This document shows, one piece after another, positions 1-14,000 of a DNA stretch of 64,000 bases. The notes under the pieces are model-generated. The model was not told the origin of the DNA, did no database searches, and worked only from the letters and a program-made list of their open reading frames with translations. Origin of the DNA: Takakia lepidozioides (taxonomy: Eukaryota; Plantae; Bryophyta); assembly GCA_030704615.1 (NCBI GenBank), contig CM060732.1, positions 62,434,001 to 62,498,000 of the forward strand. Direction: 5' to 3'. The position numbers were made by a program, and so were the translations under genes. Each line of letters begins with the position of its first letter. The stretch's first letter is position 1.

Positions 1-478
1 TGGTTATAGCCAGATTTTTCCTGTTTGATATAGTGGATTTTCTTAGAAATTGAAATATTCTGCAGTTATACACATCATCTTTTTATCCATTTTTACTGGG
101 TATGTGAGGAAAACTTGGAAGGCACAACAGGGGCTTAGCCAATATTGACACTGATGCATGATCTCCGAGGAGCCAATCCTGGCAAAGTCTTTTAGCACAC
201 ATCAAAAAAAGGTGAACAGTCAGAATTTCAGAAACCCTGGAGCATGTGTCAGTGGTTTTGTGGATGGAGATATGGATTTTTGAGGGGGAGGTGTTGATGG
301 GGGGCTCATATTACAACACACACGTCAGGCACCAAATGCCGAGATATCTAGGTGAGCACATGAATTCAGGGTTGCTACAGTAAAAACTCCCACCTCATGT
401 TCCTACCACATAGGGCATTACACCTCAACATCCACTGGAATGCTCCAGCTTCACTGACTTGTTTGTCTTGGTCTGAAT

Positions 479-1111
479 CAGTGTTGGACTGGTATACCTG
501 GTTTAACCTAGGTATGGAATACAGGTATGAATATATATATTGAAGAACATACCAGTGGGGTATGAAAGAACCAGTGTACCCATGTGATACACGTACTGGG
601 GGAGAATGGCTTTAGGATTCCCAGCACACATACCATACCAGTCTGGGTATATGGAGGAATAGCATGGTCCCCATACCAGTGTTGCGAATGGAGGTAAGTA
701 TGAGTATATGTTAGTGCAGCTAGTTATACCCTGTACTACAATTTGGTTAATTCAAGGCTCCATGTTGCAATTTAGACTTCAATTGCTGTTTCGTGCTACT
801 TTGGGTTACCTTTGCCTAGTGTTTCACGGCTTGGATTAAAATTAGCTATGTGCTAAATGACATTTATTTCTATGTATGGTGAGCTGTACAAATACCATAC
901 CAGTGCTCATACCCCCCCAGTATCACTACAGAGAAAGGGCAATACCAGTACCATACTCATATACAGCCCAAAGTACAACTACTCATACCAGATTCCCAAG
1001 TTGCTCATACCTTTATAGATATCTATACCAGCCTGGTATAAAAAAGGGGTGGGACCCTTCATACCAAGGACCAGTCTGGTATTAATAAATGGACATACCA
1101 GTCCAACACTG
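479..1111. mobile_element. hAT-superfamily non-autonomous element (MITE)
   Basis: 17-bp TIRs CAGTGTTGGACTGGTAT (479-495) and ATACCAGTCCAACACTG (1095-1111). Perfect 8-bp TSD GTCTGAAT at 471-478 and 1112-1119. Many internal ATACCAG/CTGGTAT motifs. An 8-bp TSD with CAG termini is typical of hAT. Confidence 0.9.
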
Positions 1112-2042
1112 GTCTGAATAGTGAGATATTTTGGTCTGTCCCTCAAGCTGACATCCAGTTGTACACCTGACTAAGTGCATGAGCTCAACACCCCATGTTG
1201 CTCCACAATCCTATGCAAAGGCAAGATAATTCCAAGATAACTCATGAAGCTTCACCTGTTACTTTTGTTTTGTTGTGCAAAATCTACAAATCTTCTTGAG
1301 TGGAGACCAGCTCTGATTGCTGTGTCCTCACCATCCCAGATGAAGAAAGTCCACTGGGAGGAGGAAGAGAAGTTACGACAGGAGATATTCTGGGGAGCTC
1401 AAGTAGAAATTAGGGTGAATCTTTTTTGGACCTTGCCAGTGATACCTGACCACGTGTTTCCTTTCTAAAATGGCCCTTTGTAGCTTTCTAGGTGGTGACT
1501 ACTCCCTAGGGCCAGCCAGCTTATGCTGCCTCCTCTTGCTATGCTTCCAAGAGACAGAAGAGTTTGAGTTTCCTGTTGTCAAAGTGGGTTGGTTATGGGG
1601 CCTTCGCACAGTGGGTCTGTTGATCATTCCAGTAAGTTAACAGTATACAGTAGGACCAGTCTGTTTATTAACATTGAAAATGGACATGAATTGGAGATTT
1701 GAATCTTTATTTGACACAACATAGTGATGGAGTCTCCCAATAAAATATGTTACTTGGTCAGCCGCTTCTATTCTTTCAAATGATTGGCTGAGGGACAGAA
1801 GCCACCTTCACTAGACCAGCAAATATGAAATTAACCTTGTATGTGGGACAAAATCTGCCGGTATGCATCTATGCGGGTCCGAGCAGATATAGCGTCCAGT
1901 ATTTGTGACAATTTTCTGCTCAAAGAGTAACCTTGGCTTCGGCAGAAAGTTCATCAATTGGTGTTGATGAAGAAATTGCAGGAGAGAAAGGGAGGCAATA
2001 AGGCATCGCTTCTCAAGAAGTTGCTGTGACAATATGCAACAG

Positions 2043-3515
2043 GTTGTTTCTGACAGGGGGCGTGGTATTTTTGACACTCATCATCAATGGCTCCACCACC
2101 CAGTTTCTACTGCACTTTCTGGGCATGGATCACACTTCTGAAACCAAGGTGTGTTGATATTAAATAAAATGGTACATAAGTCCACAGGAAGCTCAAAGAG
2201 CTTATCGGACAACAGGAAATGAAATGAAATGAAATGGTGCTTTATAACGTCCGCGGAAAGCTCGGACAAGAGGAAGAAAGAAACAAGAAAGATAGAGGTG
2301 TCACAAGCAGCCAAAAAGCAACTATGCTCAAGGGATTGTCTCAGAGTCAACGCTTCATGCAGCTAAGCTGCCAGGCATTTATGATGGAATACCTCCATGA
2401 GAGATTGGGTATCAAATGATTGACACCCCAGGCCCTCACAACATCTCTCAGGCTCGAAACCTGCTGGTTTCAACCACTCTTGGTATGCTAGGGTGTTCAA
2501 CTTTTTTGGTCGCAATGGACTCTCCATTGCTTCCCTACTACATGTGTCCAAACACAGACATAGATGCATCAGATGAGAACTTATGGAATTGCACGTTCTC
2601 CGTGACGATAGGATCTTGCGGCCTAATTACCTGTCTGCAGCTCTATCTCCCTCTCTTCTGAGGGCATTGAGGAGGGTCAGGGTGGGCTCCCACAGTCTGT
2701 GGATAGAGAATGGTAGGTGGGAAATTCTGCAAGGCGACGACCACCTATGCGCCGCTTGCTGGAACTACAGGGAAATTGGAAGTGAAGAACATTTCTTCTT
2801 TCACTGCCCTTCATACTATGAGATCCGTGGGAGATTCAATTGTCTATTTCGGTGGAAAGGGCTGGTGACCTTGTAAGAAAGATTGTAAGCCGAAGGTGGC
2901 CTCAGTTTGAAGTTGGATGCATGCACATAGAAAGTTAGAAAGTTAGAAACTTAAATAACATCATGGGACACTGAGAGTACTATGGGATGAAAAAAATTAC
3001 AGATGACTAGAACACAGCCCCAACAACCAGCTCTGGCACAAGCATAAAACCACTATCCAACTTTGAGTGATTGTCTTTGTTGGAGAGCATCATGCAGAAA
3101 TTAAGACTACATGCTAACCTTACACTCTTGGTATAATGAACTAGAATTACTACCCTCACTGCCAAATCTGAGGATGAGAGGCCAATGAACCATTGCCATT
3201 AGACTGTGCCTGTCAAGTGATTGAAATTTGGGTTTCTTATACGTTTTGCATGCATGTCGTTTCAGTCACAGGTGTTGGAGTATGCAAAGTGTGAGATGTA
3301 TAGCAAAGCATTGGAGGCTTTCAAAGAGCTTGGAGAAGATGAGGAGTTAGGGCCTGCTGATTGGACTACAGTGCGCAAATATGTGAGTTGCCTGAGCCAT
3401 GTGCCTGAGGAAGGCCGGCCCACACATCCTCATGAGAATGTTACCTCCACTGCTACCACTGAAGATGAAGTACGGAAGTTGCAGTATGAGGACACCCGGC
3501 TTCGTTTCATGAACG
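2043..3515 (+). CDS. SOS1: Two internal exons (2043-2148, 3266-3515) of a SOS1/NHX7-type plasma-membrane Na+/H+ antiporter; partial in this window
   Basis: Exons translate to LFLTGGVVFLTLIINGSTTQFLLHFLGMDHTSETK and SQVLEYAKCEMYSKALEAFKELGEDEELGPADWTTVRKYVSCL...DTRLRFMN. These match, from memory, plant SOS1 TGGIVFLTLIVNGSTTQ and LGDDEELGPADW. GT-AG intron between them, phase 0. Flanking exons not found. Confidence 0.8.
2173..2420 (-). mobile_element. 3'-end fragments of a non-LTR retroelement with a (CATTT)n tail, in the SOS1 intron
   Basis: Plus strand reads GAAATGAAATGAAATGGTGCTTTATAACGTCCGCGGAAAGCTC, then a conserved AAGCAGCC..AAAGCAAC..TCAAGGGATTGTC block. The same sequence recurs at 3540-3852. 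Confidence 0.6.
2583..2876 (+). pseudogene. RTEX-like LINE ORF2 C-terminal fragment
   Basis: LRRVRVGSHSLWIENGRW...CAAC...EEHFFFHCPSYYEIR matches the RxGSHxLxIExGRW plus CCHC-knuckle C-terminus of RTEX-type non-LTR elements. Confidence 0.7.
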
Positions 3516-3539
3516 GCAAGACCTCCATGGCCAGTAATA

Positions 3540-3852
3540 GAAATGAATGAAATGAAATGGTGCTTTATAACGTCCGCGGGAAGCTCATAGAGCTTATGGG
3601 ACAAAATGGAAGAAAATATGAGAGAGGAACAAAACCAGAAAGAAATGAAATTAAATGATTATAAGGTCCGCGGAAAGCTCAAAGAGCTTATGGGACTAGA
3701 GAAAGCATGAAACAGGAGAGAGGGGCCTCGACAAGCAGCCCAAAAGCAACCAGTGTTCAAGGGATTGTCTATGAGTCAATGCCTCATGCAGTTATGCTGC
3801 TAAGCATTTCTGATCCTTGTAATGGAAGACGTTTGTGATAGGCTGGGTATCT
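3540..3852 (-). mobile_element. Two stacked 3'-end fragments of the (CATTT)n-tailed retroelement
   Basis: GAAATGAATGAAATGAAATGGTGCTTTATAACGTCCGCGGGAAGCTC at ~3540 and GAAATGAAATTAAATGATTATAAGGTCCGCGGAAAGCTC at ~3642. Both are homologous to 2216-2420. Confidence 0.6.
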
Positions 3853-6800
3853 AAGAATGGACAATAGAATCTCCCATGGATGCCATAGAAGAGACAATAG
3901 TGAAAGAGGAAATGTTCTTCACTTCCAATTTCGCTGTTGTTTGCAGTTCACTCAGGGCATAGGCAGGTCCTCATGTTGCAGGTTGTCCCACCTACCAGTC
4001 TCTATCCGCAGACTGTGGGACCCTACCCTAAACCTCCACAATGCCTTAAGAAGAGAGGGAGATAAGCTGCAAACAGGTAATTGGGCAGAAAGATTCTATT
4101 TTCTTGGAGGACCAAGAATGTCTCCCGATACAGCTGATGTTTTGTTGTAAGATTGGCTGGATTCAATGTTTGCCTGACGTGAAGTTGCATCAGTTCTCTT
4201 CTGGTGCATCTGTTGCGGTCCTGCTTGGACTAAATTTCCACCCCCTCCGTTATCTGTGGCATTAGGGAAGCAACAGAGAGTCCGTGGCGCTCAAAAAATG
4301 AGAAAGAACATTTTCACAGGTCAGTTCAATGGCACTTGAGCACTTGCTCCATTCTGTTTTACAAAGAGCTCCCCTTGAATGCATCATACAAGAGTGTGAT
4401 GCATTAGTCGTAGGTATTAGTAAGAGCCTTGGAGAAGGTTTCCTCAGCATCATCAGAAAAGGGTATGTACAAAGCGCACACGCCGTGGTAGAGTGCCAGC
4501 CTTGTCTGAACCCGCTTACTGCATCCACCCATCACCACCTGAGCACCACCTTTGTCATTACCTACCTGATGTGGCTGCTGCCACAAACTCAACCAATGAA
4601 GAGAATAACAATTGCCACACTTGCTAAGATAACTCAAAAAAAATGTTGAAGCAACAGAGATTTGCTTACACCCTTGTGAGTCACTATCAGCCGACATTTG
4701 CAAATGAAGGAGACACTTACTCATTAGTGAAAGCAAACACTGTGCCAGTAGGACGATAATGGCTTAGAAGCATGGCCATGAAGCCGCTGCGAGTGAACAG
4801 TCTGCAACTGCCAGCAGCTAAGCTTCCTCTCTTCCAAGCCCTACAATTTGGAAAAAGGCAGACCTGAGACAATGTGCTGGGGTGCAGCACATGCAAGCGA
4901 ACTACTTCCATCTTAACCCCATAGCAGACTACCCCAACGCAACCTCAATCAACTTCTGCAAGGCTGCAAATGGACTGTTCAACTACTTGTGTGAACCCAA
5001 TATGAGGTCAGGGGCTGCTAAGATCGCTGGTTGTGCTCTCAATGGGCATTATACAGAAGGCGCCCCCTGCAATATTTTGAAGGCTGGATGCAAATTAAAA
5101 ATGTGCAGGGCATAGACCGTCGCAGTAGCTACATCCAACCTCTGCCAAAGGAATAATGAAGATCCCTTGTGGCACAGTAAATGTCCATTAAAAACATCTC
5201 AGAAACCGGTAGCTCTAGCAGCGAGGAGGGGGTAAGAGTTTCAGAAGCTCTGACCACTAGATGTCTGCTGCATGTTGTCAGAGCTTGATATGTAATGTCA
5301 TCTTTGTGTACTAAGTGCACTAAGTGCCCTAAGTACAATTTACAAGAGAAATCCAAAAGGAGATGTACTCATTGATTGAGGGGACAAGGGGTTTAAAGGT
5401 AAAAGAGGAGGCAAGATACCGATAGCTTGTGGGCTGGCCATACACACACTATCAATGCTTTTCATGCGGATGCGCTTTGGTATGCTGCTGTCATCTGATT
5501 CGTCGCCTACACCATCAAACACACCTCCAACTGAAGACCTCCAAATGCATTCCTAGAATCATAGATTTTAACACTTCTGTAAAACTATTGCAACGTCAAT
5601 CGCAAGTCTGATTGCAGACAAGCTGGGAAAGGGTCAAATCTGATAAGAAAGATGTACCAGGGAAACGCCGCTTAATGCTGTGATTTGTCTGCAAACTTCG
5701 AGGTTCTTCCAATATGTGCATAACTGGCGGATCCCAGACACTTGCCTTTTGTCCAGTAGACGGAAGGGGATGTCCTCTGTCTCTACCCCTCGGGAGACAG
5801 GGCCCCCTTCAAAGCTAACGCAGAGAGGACCCTTTTCCTCTTTGAAGCTCTCCTAGTTTGGTTGAAGATCACTGGTGCATCTCCCACATCCATGAGCAGT
5901 ATCCACAGTGTCCTCGTTTGTACTCCCTCTCTGTGCGTATTCCATACCTTCAGTTTTGTTTATCTGGTCATTCCACTCTTTGGGGACAGAAGTGTCAGGC
6001 CTGCCATCACTGCCCGCTGTCTGATTTTGAATTCTGTTTTCTTTTCTCCATATTTTCTCTCTCCCCCTCTCCCTCATTCACGGAGTCATACTGAACACCC
6101 TCTCTCAACTCAGAATCTTCACATTCACAAAGCCTGACCTTTCCATTTTTATGCAGTTTTAGACTGCCTGGAGAACTCATCTCTTCTGCATTATGCAGTG
6201 ACTCTAACACCTGCTTGTTCCCCACCATTTCCAAGGCGTCCGCTACCTCTAGGGCTTGGTAATCTAGACAGCTCTCTCCATATATGGCAGCTAGAGTGAC
6301 CCCTGCTGGATCGCCAACAACTCTGCAATCTGGTCTCCTCTCCTGCACATATATTTGGATCATCCTGTTCTCGCCCAAACTCTCCACAGCTTGGCTGCCT
6401 TCCTCAGAATTATCGTTGACTACATATGTTCTTTGCAAAGCTCAGTTTCTCTCCACCACCTTCAAGGTTGTCTGCATCTTTGTTCCTGGCTAAGTCTTCT
6501 TCTGTGACACGGTCAACCCGTCCAGAACCTGGATCGTTAGAACTGTCCACTCTGGGATGGTTTCTCTTATTCTCTTCTAAGCACCACCCTTTTTTTTCCC
6601 CGCCATCACTGTGCTCCTGCCCAATTTGAGCTCCTGTCTCCATCCCCCTGGCGTTAAGACCCCTTGGTGTATCTAGATGTTAACGACAGTGCTTGCTCCA
6701 ATTACTGCATTCAAGTATTCCCTGCACATTTTCCGTCCCTGCTGACGATCTACTTAACCAATCCCTGTCATATGTACTTTGGAGCTCAAATTCAGTTGAG

Positions 6801-8455
6801 TTTATGAAGACAAAACTAGAACAAACAATGGATGGATTCACTTTCATACCACGAGAGCTCCTACAATTGGCAGCTGGATCACCACTAAAACGCCAAAGGC
6901 AGGCATCAATCAGTACTACCAGGACGTGGCGGAAGTAAACCATCTTCTTGCGAATGCACCACCCACCAACTCAAGGACGAAGCACAATTTCATCGTTGAG
7001 TCTGCCTACTGATCTAATCACATCTGTCATAATGCCCAGCTGCCTTATTATTTGATCTCGATTGCACTAACCGATCTAAATTGGACTCATCTACTCTAAA
7101 CTTTGATCAGGCAACCCTGATATTTGCCCAGGCCTACTTAGGTGAAGGGGCCGTGCTCCATGCAGATCAAAAGTATTACACATTTCTGAGTTCCTCCTCG
7201 TCGTTGGACCAGTTGGTGTACTCAAGGACGCTCCTCTCGTCAATGGAGATGGTGCATGAAATGTTTTGTGGCGTAGAAACTAGAAACAGCCTAGAAACAT
7301 GTGAGATTAGGGGTTGAGGCAGTTGATATGTATGAACTGTCCGAACTTTGTCTCAAGTTCAAACTTAAATCTAAGAGGTGCATTTCATATACAATTTGGT
7401 GCAGTTTCAGTCACAGCAACACCCACAAACACAAGATGTTGAGGGAACTTGTGGAGTCGCCATTTGCCACAGAATGTAGGACAGGACCTAGAGGTTCTTG
7501 TATCCAAACCCTTATCATCGGTTGTTGTCACAAAACACATCCATGTGGAGACAACAAAGTAAGCACTAGAACATCCATTCCACACTGGAGATTTACAAAG
7601 GTTGGCCAAGTGTCACTGTCAACTTTGTCCTCCTCTCTTAAGTTCACTCACTTGTCCAGGATCCATGATTTTTGCTGCATACCTCAAAAACCTGTAGATT
7701 GAGCTTGAGTTTTTTCCAGTCCAACAACCATACTGGCAATGCATCTTGACACATCTTCTTGTGATGCATAAATGAAATTGGAGACTAAGTGTTGCATTGT
7801 GCATTTGATTCCCACCAATTGCAGACCACCCATTCACTCCTTATCAAGCCCTACATTTCAACGAAAGCTTATTGCAAGGACGTAATCCACAGCTAAGTCT
7901 ATGAGAAAACCAAGCTCACTTCCCCACCTCTGCCTTGCAGCCATTTCCTTCAGAGTAAATCCATAAGAGATAATTCTACCCTGGGAAAAGCCAAAATTGT
8001 GGTTGAGAGGACTGGGTCAAATTGCTAAGCCGCACCAGCAATTCAGTAACACTTGAGCAGTGGCAGAGCATCCACGTGCACTTTTCATTCTCACACATTG
8101 CCGGAGGACGATTTTTGATGTTACTCTTTTTTGTTGGTTTGAACAGGCAGTGGAACCATAGAGAGAGTAACAGGCAGGCCTCCTCACTGAAAGCAAAAAC
8201 CATGACACAATCAGCAAACATTTTAATGGCTCAAAGACAGAAAGAACGATGTCCGATCGGTTTTAAGACCCCTTCCCCAATGTATTAGTGTAGAAGGGAG
8301 TAGAGGAATGGAATTTGAAACTTGCTTGCTTCTTAATGAAAGCCCCATGCAGAGTTTGATTCGCAGAGAAAGGGGAACAGATGTGACGAAAAAATCTAGC
8401 AACAGAGAGGGAGACGGACCTCTATTTTGAAGGAGTGATGCACCTGCACAGTCCC

Positions 8456-10094
8456 TCAGTCAGACTTGTGGTCTTTGGGCTTCAAATCAGCTTCCTTCAA
8501 TGGCCTTTCGTCCTCCGATGTGTCATCACCACCATCCTCTCCACCAGTGCTAATGGACTCGTCAAATTCAATCAGCTGCATATATAGCCCACATCCTATA
8601 TATCATTTCCTGTAATCCTCAGTACGGCAGAGAAGGTAAGATGGAAGGAAGCTAGCCATCATAGACGTTTAACATGTCATGATGGGCTATGGGGCCTTGC
8701 CACCAGCAACCTTACATCCACAAACCTGGCATAATTGGTTGTCAAATTTGAGGATGAAACTAACATACTTCTAATAATTGGCAACAGTCTCCCCCATCAG
8801 ACAAACCGGGTATAATCAGTCCTTCTGTATGACAGATTGTACATCCACCCTGTCACAGTGCTACACTTGCAGATGAAGATGGACCCAATGCCCTTGCATG
8901 GGAAGGCAAGAGGTGCCACACTCACCTAGTCAACAAATTTCTTCTTCTATTCTACCATCTAGGCACATTACTCCAGGCCCTGTGGATCGTGCCTATGCTG
9001 TTATCAAAAGCACGTGGTAGAAGAGGTATACTCACAGGCTTGATCTCCCCATTCACAGCGCAATGCACTGCCAGAAATCCAATAACGCCTGGCACAATGT
9101 AGAGTAGTGCTGGCTGGCATCCCACAACAAAATGAATTACGTTTGGTGAGCACTCTTATTAAGCAGTTGTGACCTTATCTCAGGCTACCATACATGCAGG
9201 AATGTCATTAGATAACTTTAAGATCCTCAGAACCACCTAGACTGTTCTCTTGCTCCTGCACACCTCGATCTCTACAAAGTACCAAATGACCACATTGGAG
9301 CACTCTATCCATCTGTTAGACTTGCATGCAACAATAACCAGAAGGTTGCTTGGCAGTTGCATTGTGGGTGGGCATTGAAATCCTACTCACATGCAGTACA
9401 GTGAGCAAGCAAGAGAGAGGGCAATGTACTCATTCACCACTCCCAACAACTCTTTTGGGGGCATAGCCGCAAACTAACGGTCTGGAGCCAGTTGTGGGAT
9501 AGAAACCCTTACAGATTGTAGTAACTCAGCTTTTCTCTCATCACTTATGAGAGACAGCTGGTCCTCACTTCAGCCCCTCGGGGGATATATGAGACTCAAC
9601 CTAAACTTGCCACAGCACCCCAAATGAAAGAGGCAGAGGATGTACTCGTAAGACTTTCTTTGCCATAGCCTTGTGGCCATAGACCCTGCACCAGTTTGAA
9701 TGGAAACATATGGAATAGACACTACTATTGTGAGGGGCTCACTCCAGTGGTGTGACTCACCTTAATATAAACAATTAGTTCGGGCTTTCCAGATATCCTC
9801 TAGAAAGCCCTTTACACCGGCATCAAACTGCTGTGTGAGCACAGCCCAAAAGTTAGAACCCAACAGGGCCAGGGCTTTAGGCTCAGCCTCAATATTTTGA
9901 AAGTTTGTGGAGAGAGAATGTACTCATAAGATGTTGTTTGCCGTAGCCTTGTGGCCATTGACTCCGCGCCCAGTTTGAGCGGAACACAAAGGGACAGCAA
10001 CTGTCAGGGGCTGACACCAGTATTATGACTTACCTTGGAACAGACAATTGATCCGAGTTTTCCAGATACTTGTGGAGAGAGAAAGAGAGTGACC

Positions 10095-10143
<49 letters not shown>

Positions 10144-10975
10144 CTCATAAGACGTTGTTTGCCGTAGCCTTGTGGCCATTGACCCCGCGCCCAGTTTAAG
10201 CGGGAACAAAAGGGACAGAACCTACCTCTGTCAGGGGCTGACGTTGGTAGTAAGACTTACCTTCACTTATAGAATTAATCCGGGTTTTCCAGATATCCTC
10301 TAGAAATCCCTTCACACAAGCATCAATCTGCTGTGTGTGGTTTGCCCAAAAACTAGGCCTCAGGAGGGCCTGGGCTTTTGGCTCAGCCTCGAGACTTTCA
10401 AAGTTGGTAAACAGGGGTACATGCACAATTCCCTTGATAGATTTGAAGAGAGCGTCTCTTTGGTGAGAGAACCCCGCACAGTGTATCAGAAAATGAATAC
10501 TGTCTTCAGATTGCCCACACAACGGGCAATTGCACTCTCCCTTTCCTCTCTGCTTCTGTTTGCTGTTCAAAGATAGGCTTCCTGCCCTGAGTTTAAATTT
10601 CAGTCTAGTGCCGAGAGTGGGTCGACCCTTGAGGTCATCCAAGATGTCCTCCCCCATGTCACTGACTGGAAACAAGTTCAGGGAAGTTTTCTGCCTAACT
10701 TCATTTTCATCAGACAATCTCATGGCAACAGACATGGCTTTGGACACTACAGCCTCTAAGTCAGATTTATCCAGCAGGGTCAAGACTTGCAGATCGAGGT
10801 CCAGGTCCTTGAGAATCTCTTCTACTCTCTTCTGCCAGGACTTAGCCTGTTTGACAGGGAGGTCCCGTTTCCAAGATATAGAGTCGATTAACTTAGGATA
10901 TCTGGTGTTGGGCATATGTTGCAGCTGACCCCACCATCTGACCTTTAATTCATCTCGTCGAGAGCTTAAGGACGG

Positions 10976-11010
<35 letters not shown>

Positions 11011-14000
11011 CCTGGGCAGCTTGGAACCAGTTCATAACCAGAATAGTGACCAAAAGACCTGCTGTGTAGCCAGCAAATGCACTGCTGAAGTAGGTCTTAT
11101 CGCGACCTCTTGACATATCAAAACGCAACGCAAGAGCAACAAAAATGCCTGGATCCACAACCCCCAATACATGAAACATCAGCAAGCAACATCCTTTAAT
11201 ATTTGCAATGCTGTCCGTAAAAATCCAAGATGACTTCAAGCCCGGCATTGGAATGGTATGGGTGTTGTATTATGTGAAGGTCAATGTATGTCTAGTCAGA
11301 TGTTTCATCAACTTATGTTGCACAAATGTGCACATGCTAATTTAAATCCTCAGCAGATTATAAGAGTTGGAATGCATGTAGGTTATATTCCTTCTCCATC
11401 CACATGTTCACGCATTCATCCTGTTCATAAAGTACTTTAGTATATTTATGCTGGCTCTGGCCAGTGTCCTCTCTTTCTCCCTAGTGTCATTTCATTTCTT
11501 CAACTCCATAACTTGTTGAACTTCCAAAATTTGAGAACGGCCAGACCAATGAAGTCCCATTCTCTGCAGTCCTTTTGTTCACTTCCAAAGCTCTGAAGCA
11601 AAGGAGAGGAAGGAGACCTGGAATGACAATGTCACCGAGGCCCAACATTGAGAAAGGACGCGCTAAATCTCCAGTTGGAAAGATAAGCTGTATGAAACAA
11701 GGAAAATACTTGGTTAGGCACATGATCATAAACGTTTCTGTAATTGTTGAGCCAGTGCAAACAATCAATGCAACATGAGGGTGAACAGGGACTGGTACAA
11801 ACTATCTCCATCTTCGATTGAATAAAATAAACTTGCAAAAGTCTTGAATTTGTGAATGCTCATTTAAAATTTTGCTGACAGCCAAGATGCCAAATCCCTC
11901 TTGAATCCATGCGATCCATGCAAGCCATATCATATGCCATGCTGATTTTGCCATAATTTTCCTCTGTTTTGAGCTTACGTCATCAAATCAACTGAAGGTA
12001 AAATAAATGCACTTTTGTTGTACCCAACATTCAAGATGTCCATTTGACATAGATGCCTAGCAGCATAGACTCCACGATAACAGCAAAAGACAAAGACCTG
12101 ATGATGCCATGTTCATCTGATCCACACACAAGAAGAGAAACAAAAAGTTATCAAGACATTTTCCGAACACATACTTCTAAGATTTTTCAAGAGAAGTATG
12201 AGACAAGACCTTGATGGGTGCGTCGAACGACTTGGCCACGCTAACCATAACAGGTGTGAAGAAGACCCAAAAAATATCATATACAAACAGCCCTGCCTGC
12301 AAGCCAAGGTCCAAGGGTCAGCAGGGAAAATGTTGGCCATTTCAAGCTTCTGCCTAGGACATACATATCTCCACCTTGGTTACAAGGGTTACATGACAAA
12401 GGCACAGGAAGGGGATTGAGGAAAACAAAGCCAGATCCTAATAGTAGGGCATCCAGATGTCTGGATGATAATGTCAACCATAGCCTCAGAAGAGAGAAAA
12501 TTAGACATCAATTGAAAAGAGGAAGGAGTAATACCAAGAGGATAGCCCCGATTTTGAAGGAGCCCAACGACAGCATCTCAATCCCCTGCATCAATTGCCA
12601 ATGCCAAAGCCTCCTGATGAGAATGAATATCTGACAAGTTTGTGGGTCACTTCACCTGTGAGGCCCCTCATCTGGTTTGGCCTGCATATGGTCAACTCCA
12701 ACATAGGCCTATCCACCTTAGCTCTCAGGACACCTGAGTGTGGTCACAGTGCCTAACACCCAGCTGTCTGTATGGTGCTCTAAGGTTGATGTGGGGTGCC
12801 AACATGTTAGACATTATCAGACCTGGAATCAGTTCCTACAGAGTCTCACATCTATAGAATTCCACCCATGAATACATCCTTGTAGAGACCTAAACACTCT
12901 CACCTAATGTAGCTCTGAAAAACGAGTTTACCTCTGAGCTGTCTATTATATACCTCTACCAGGCATGGAAGTATAGCTGTGACAAGCTGCATGCCGTTTT
13001 CTGTATGAAGTGCCTAGACAATGTCAATTGCAATCATTCCTTATGTGGGAGGGTATTTACAGAATGAACTCATGAAACGTTGTTTGCCGTAGCCTTGTGG
13101 CAATAGACCCCGTGCCCAGTTTGGGAGGAACACGAGGTATTTACAGACAGATTGTACTCATAAGACGTTGTTTGCCGTAGCCTTGTGGCCATTGACCCCG
13201 CGCCCAGTTTAAGCGGGAACAAAAGGGACAGAACCTACCTCTGTCAGGGGCTGACGTTGGTAGTAAGACTTACCTTCACTTATAGAATTAATCCGGGTTT
13301 TCCAGATATCCTCTAGAAATCCCTTCACACAAGCATCAATCTGCTGTGTGTGGTTTGCCCAAAAACTAGGCCTCAGGAGGGCCTGGGCTTTTGGCTCAGC
13401 CTCGAGACTTTCAAAGTTGGTAAACAGGGGTACATGCACAATTCCCTTGATAGATTTGAAGAGAGCGTCTCTTTGGTGAGAGAACCCCGCACAGTGTATC
13501 AGAAAATGAATACTGTCTTCAGATTGCCCACACAATGGGCAATTGCACTCTCCCTTTACAGACAGAGACGGGGGGAGAGAGAGAGAGAGAGAGAGAGAAT
13601 GTACTCACAAAATTTTGTTTGCCATAGCTTCGTGGCCATAGATCCCGAGCCCAGTTTGGACAGAAACAGAGGGAATAGACACTACCTTTGTGAGGGGCTC
13701 ACTCCAGTAGTGGGACTAGAGAATGTACTCATAAGACGTTGTTTGCCGTAGTCTTGTAGCCGGGCCCAGTTTGGGTGGAATGAAAGGGAACAGATGTTAC
13801 CTTTGTGAGGGTCTCACTCCAGTAGTGTGACTTCCCTTGTTACAGACAATTAGTTCAGGTTTTCCAGATATCCTCTAGAAAGACCTTGGCACAAGCATCA
13901 ACTTGCTGTGTATGAGCTGCCTAAGCAATTAGACCCCAGCAGGACCCTGGCTTTAGGTTCAGCCTCAAGATTTTAAAAGTTGGTGAACAGAGGAGCAGGG

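Noticed and set aside
1-239. Possible right end of another hAT element (...CAGAAACCCTG)
   Set aside because: The partner TIR and TSD would lie outside the window, so this cannot be supported.
4180-8300. Many short ORFs and possible decayed TE coding sequence
   Set aside because: Looks like old, fragmented TE-derived DNA, but I could not identify a diagnostic motif with confidence, so no feature is called.
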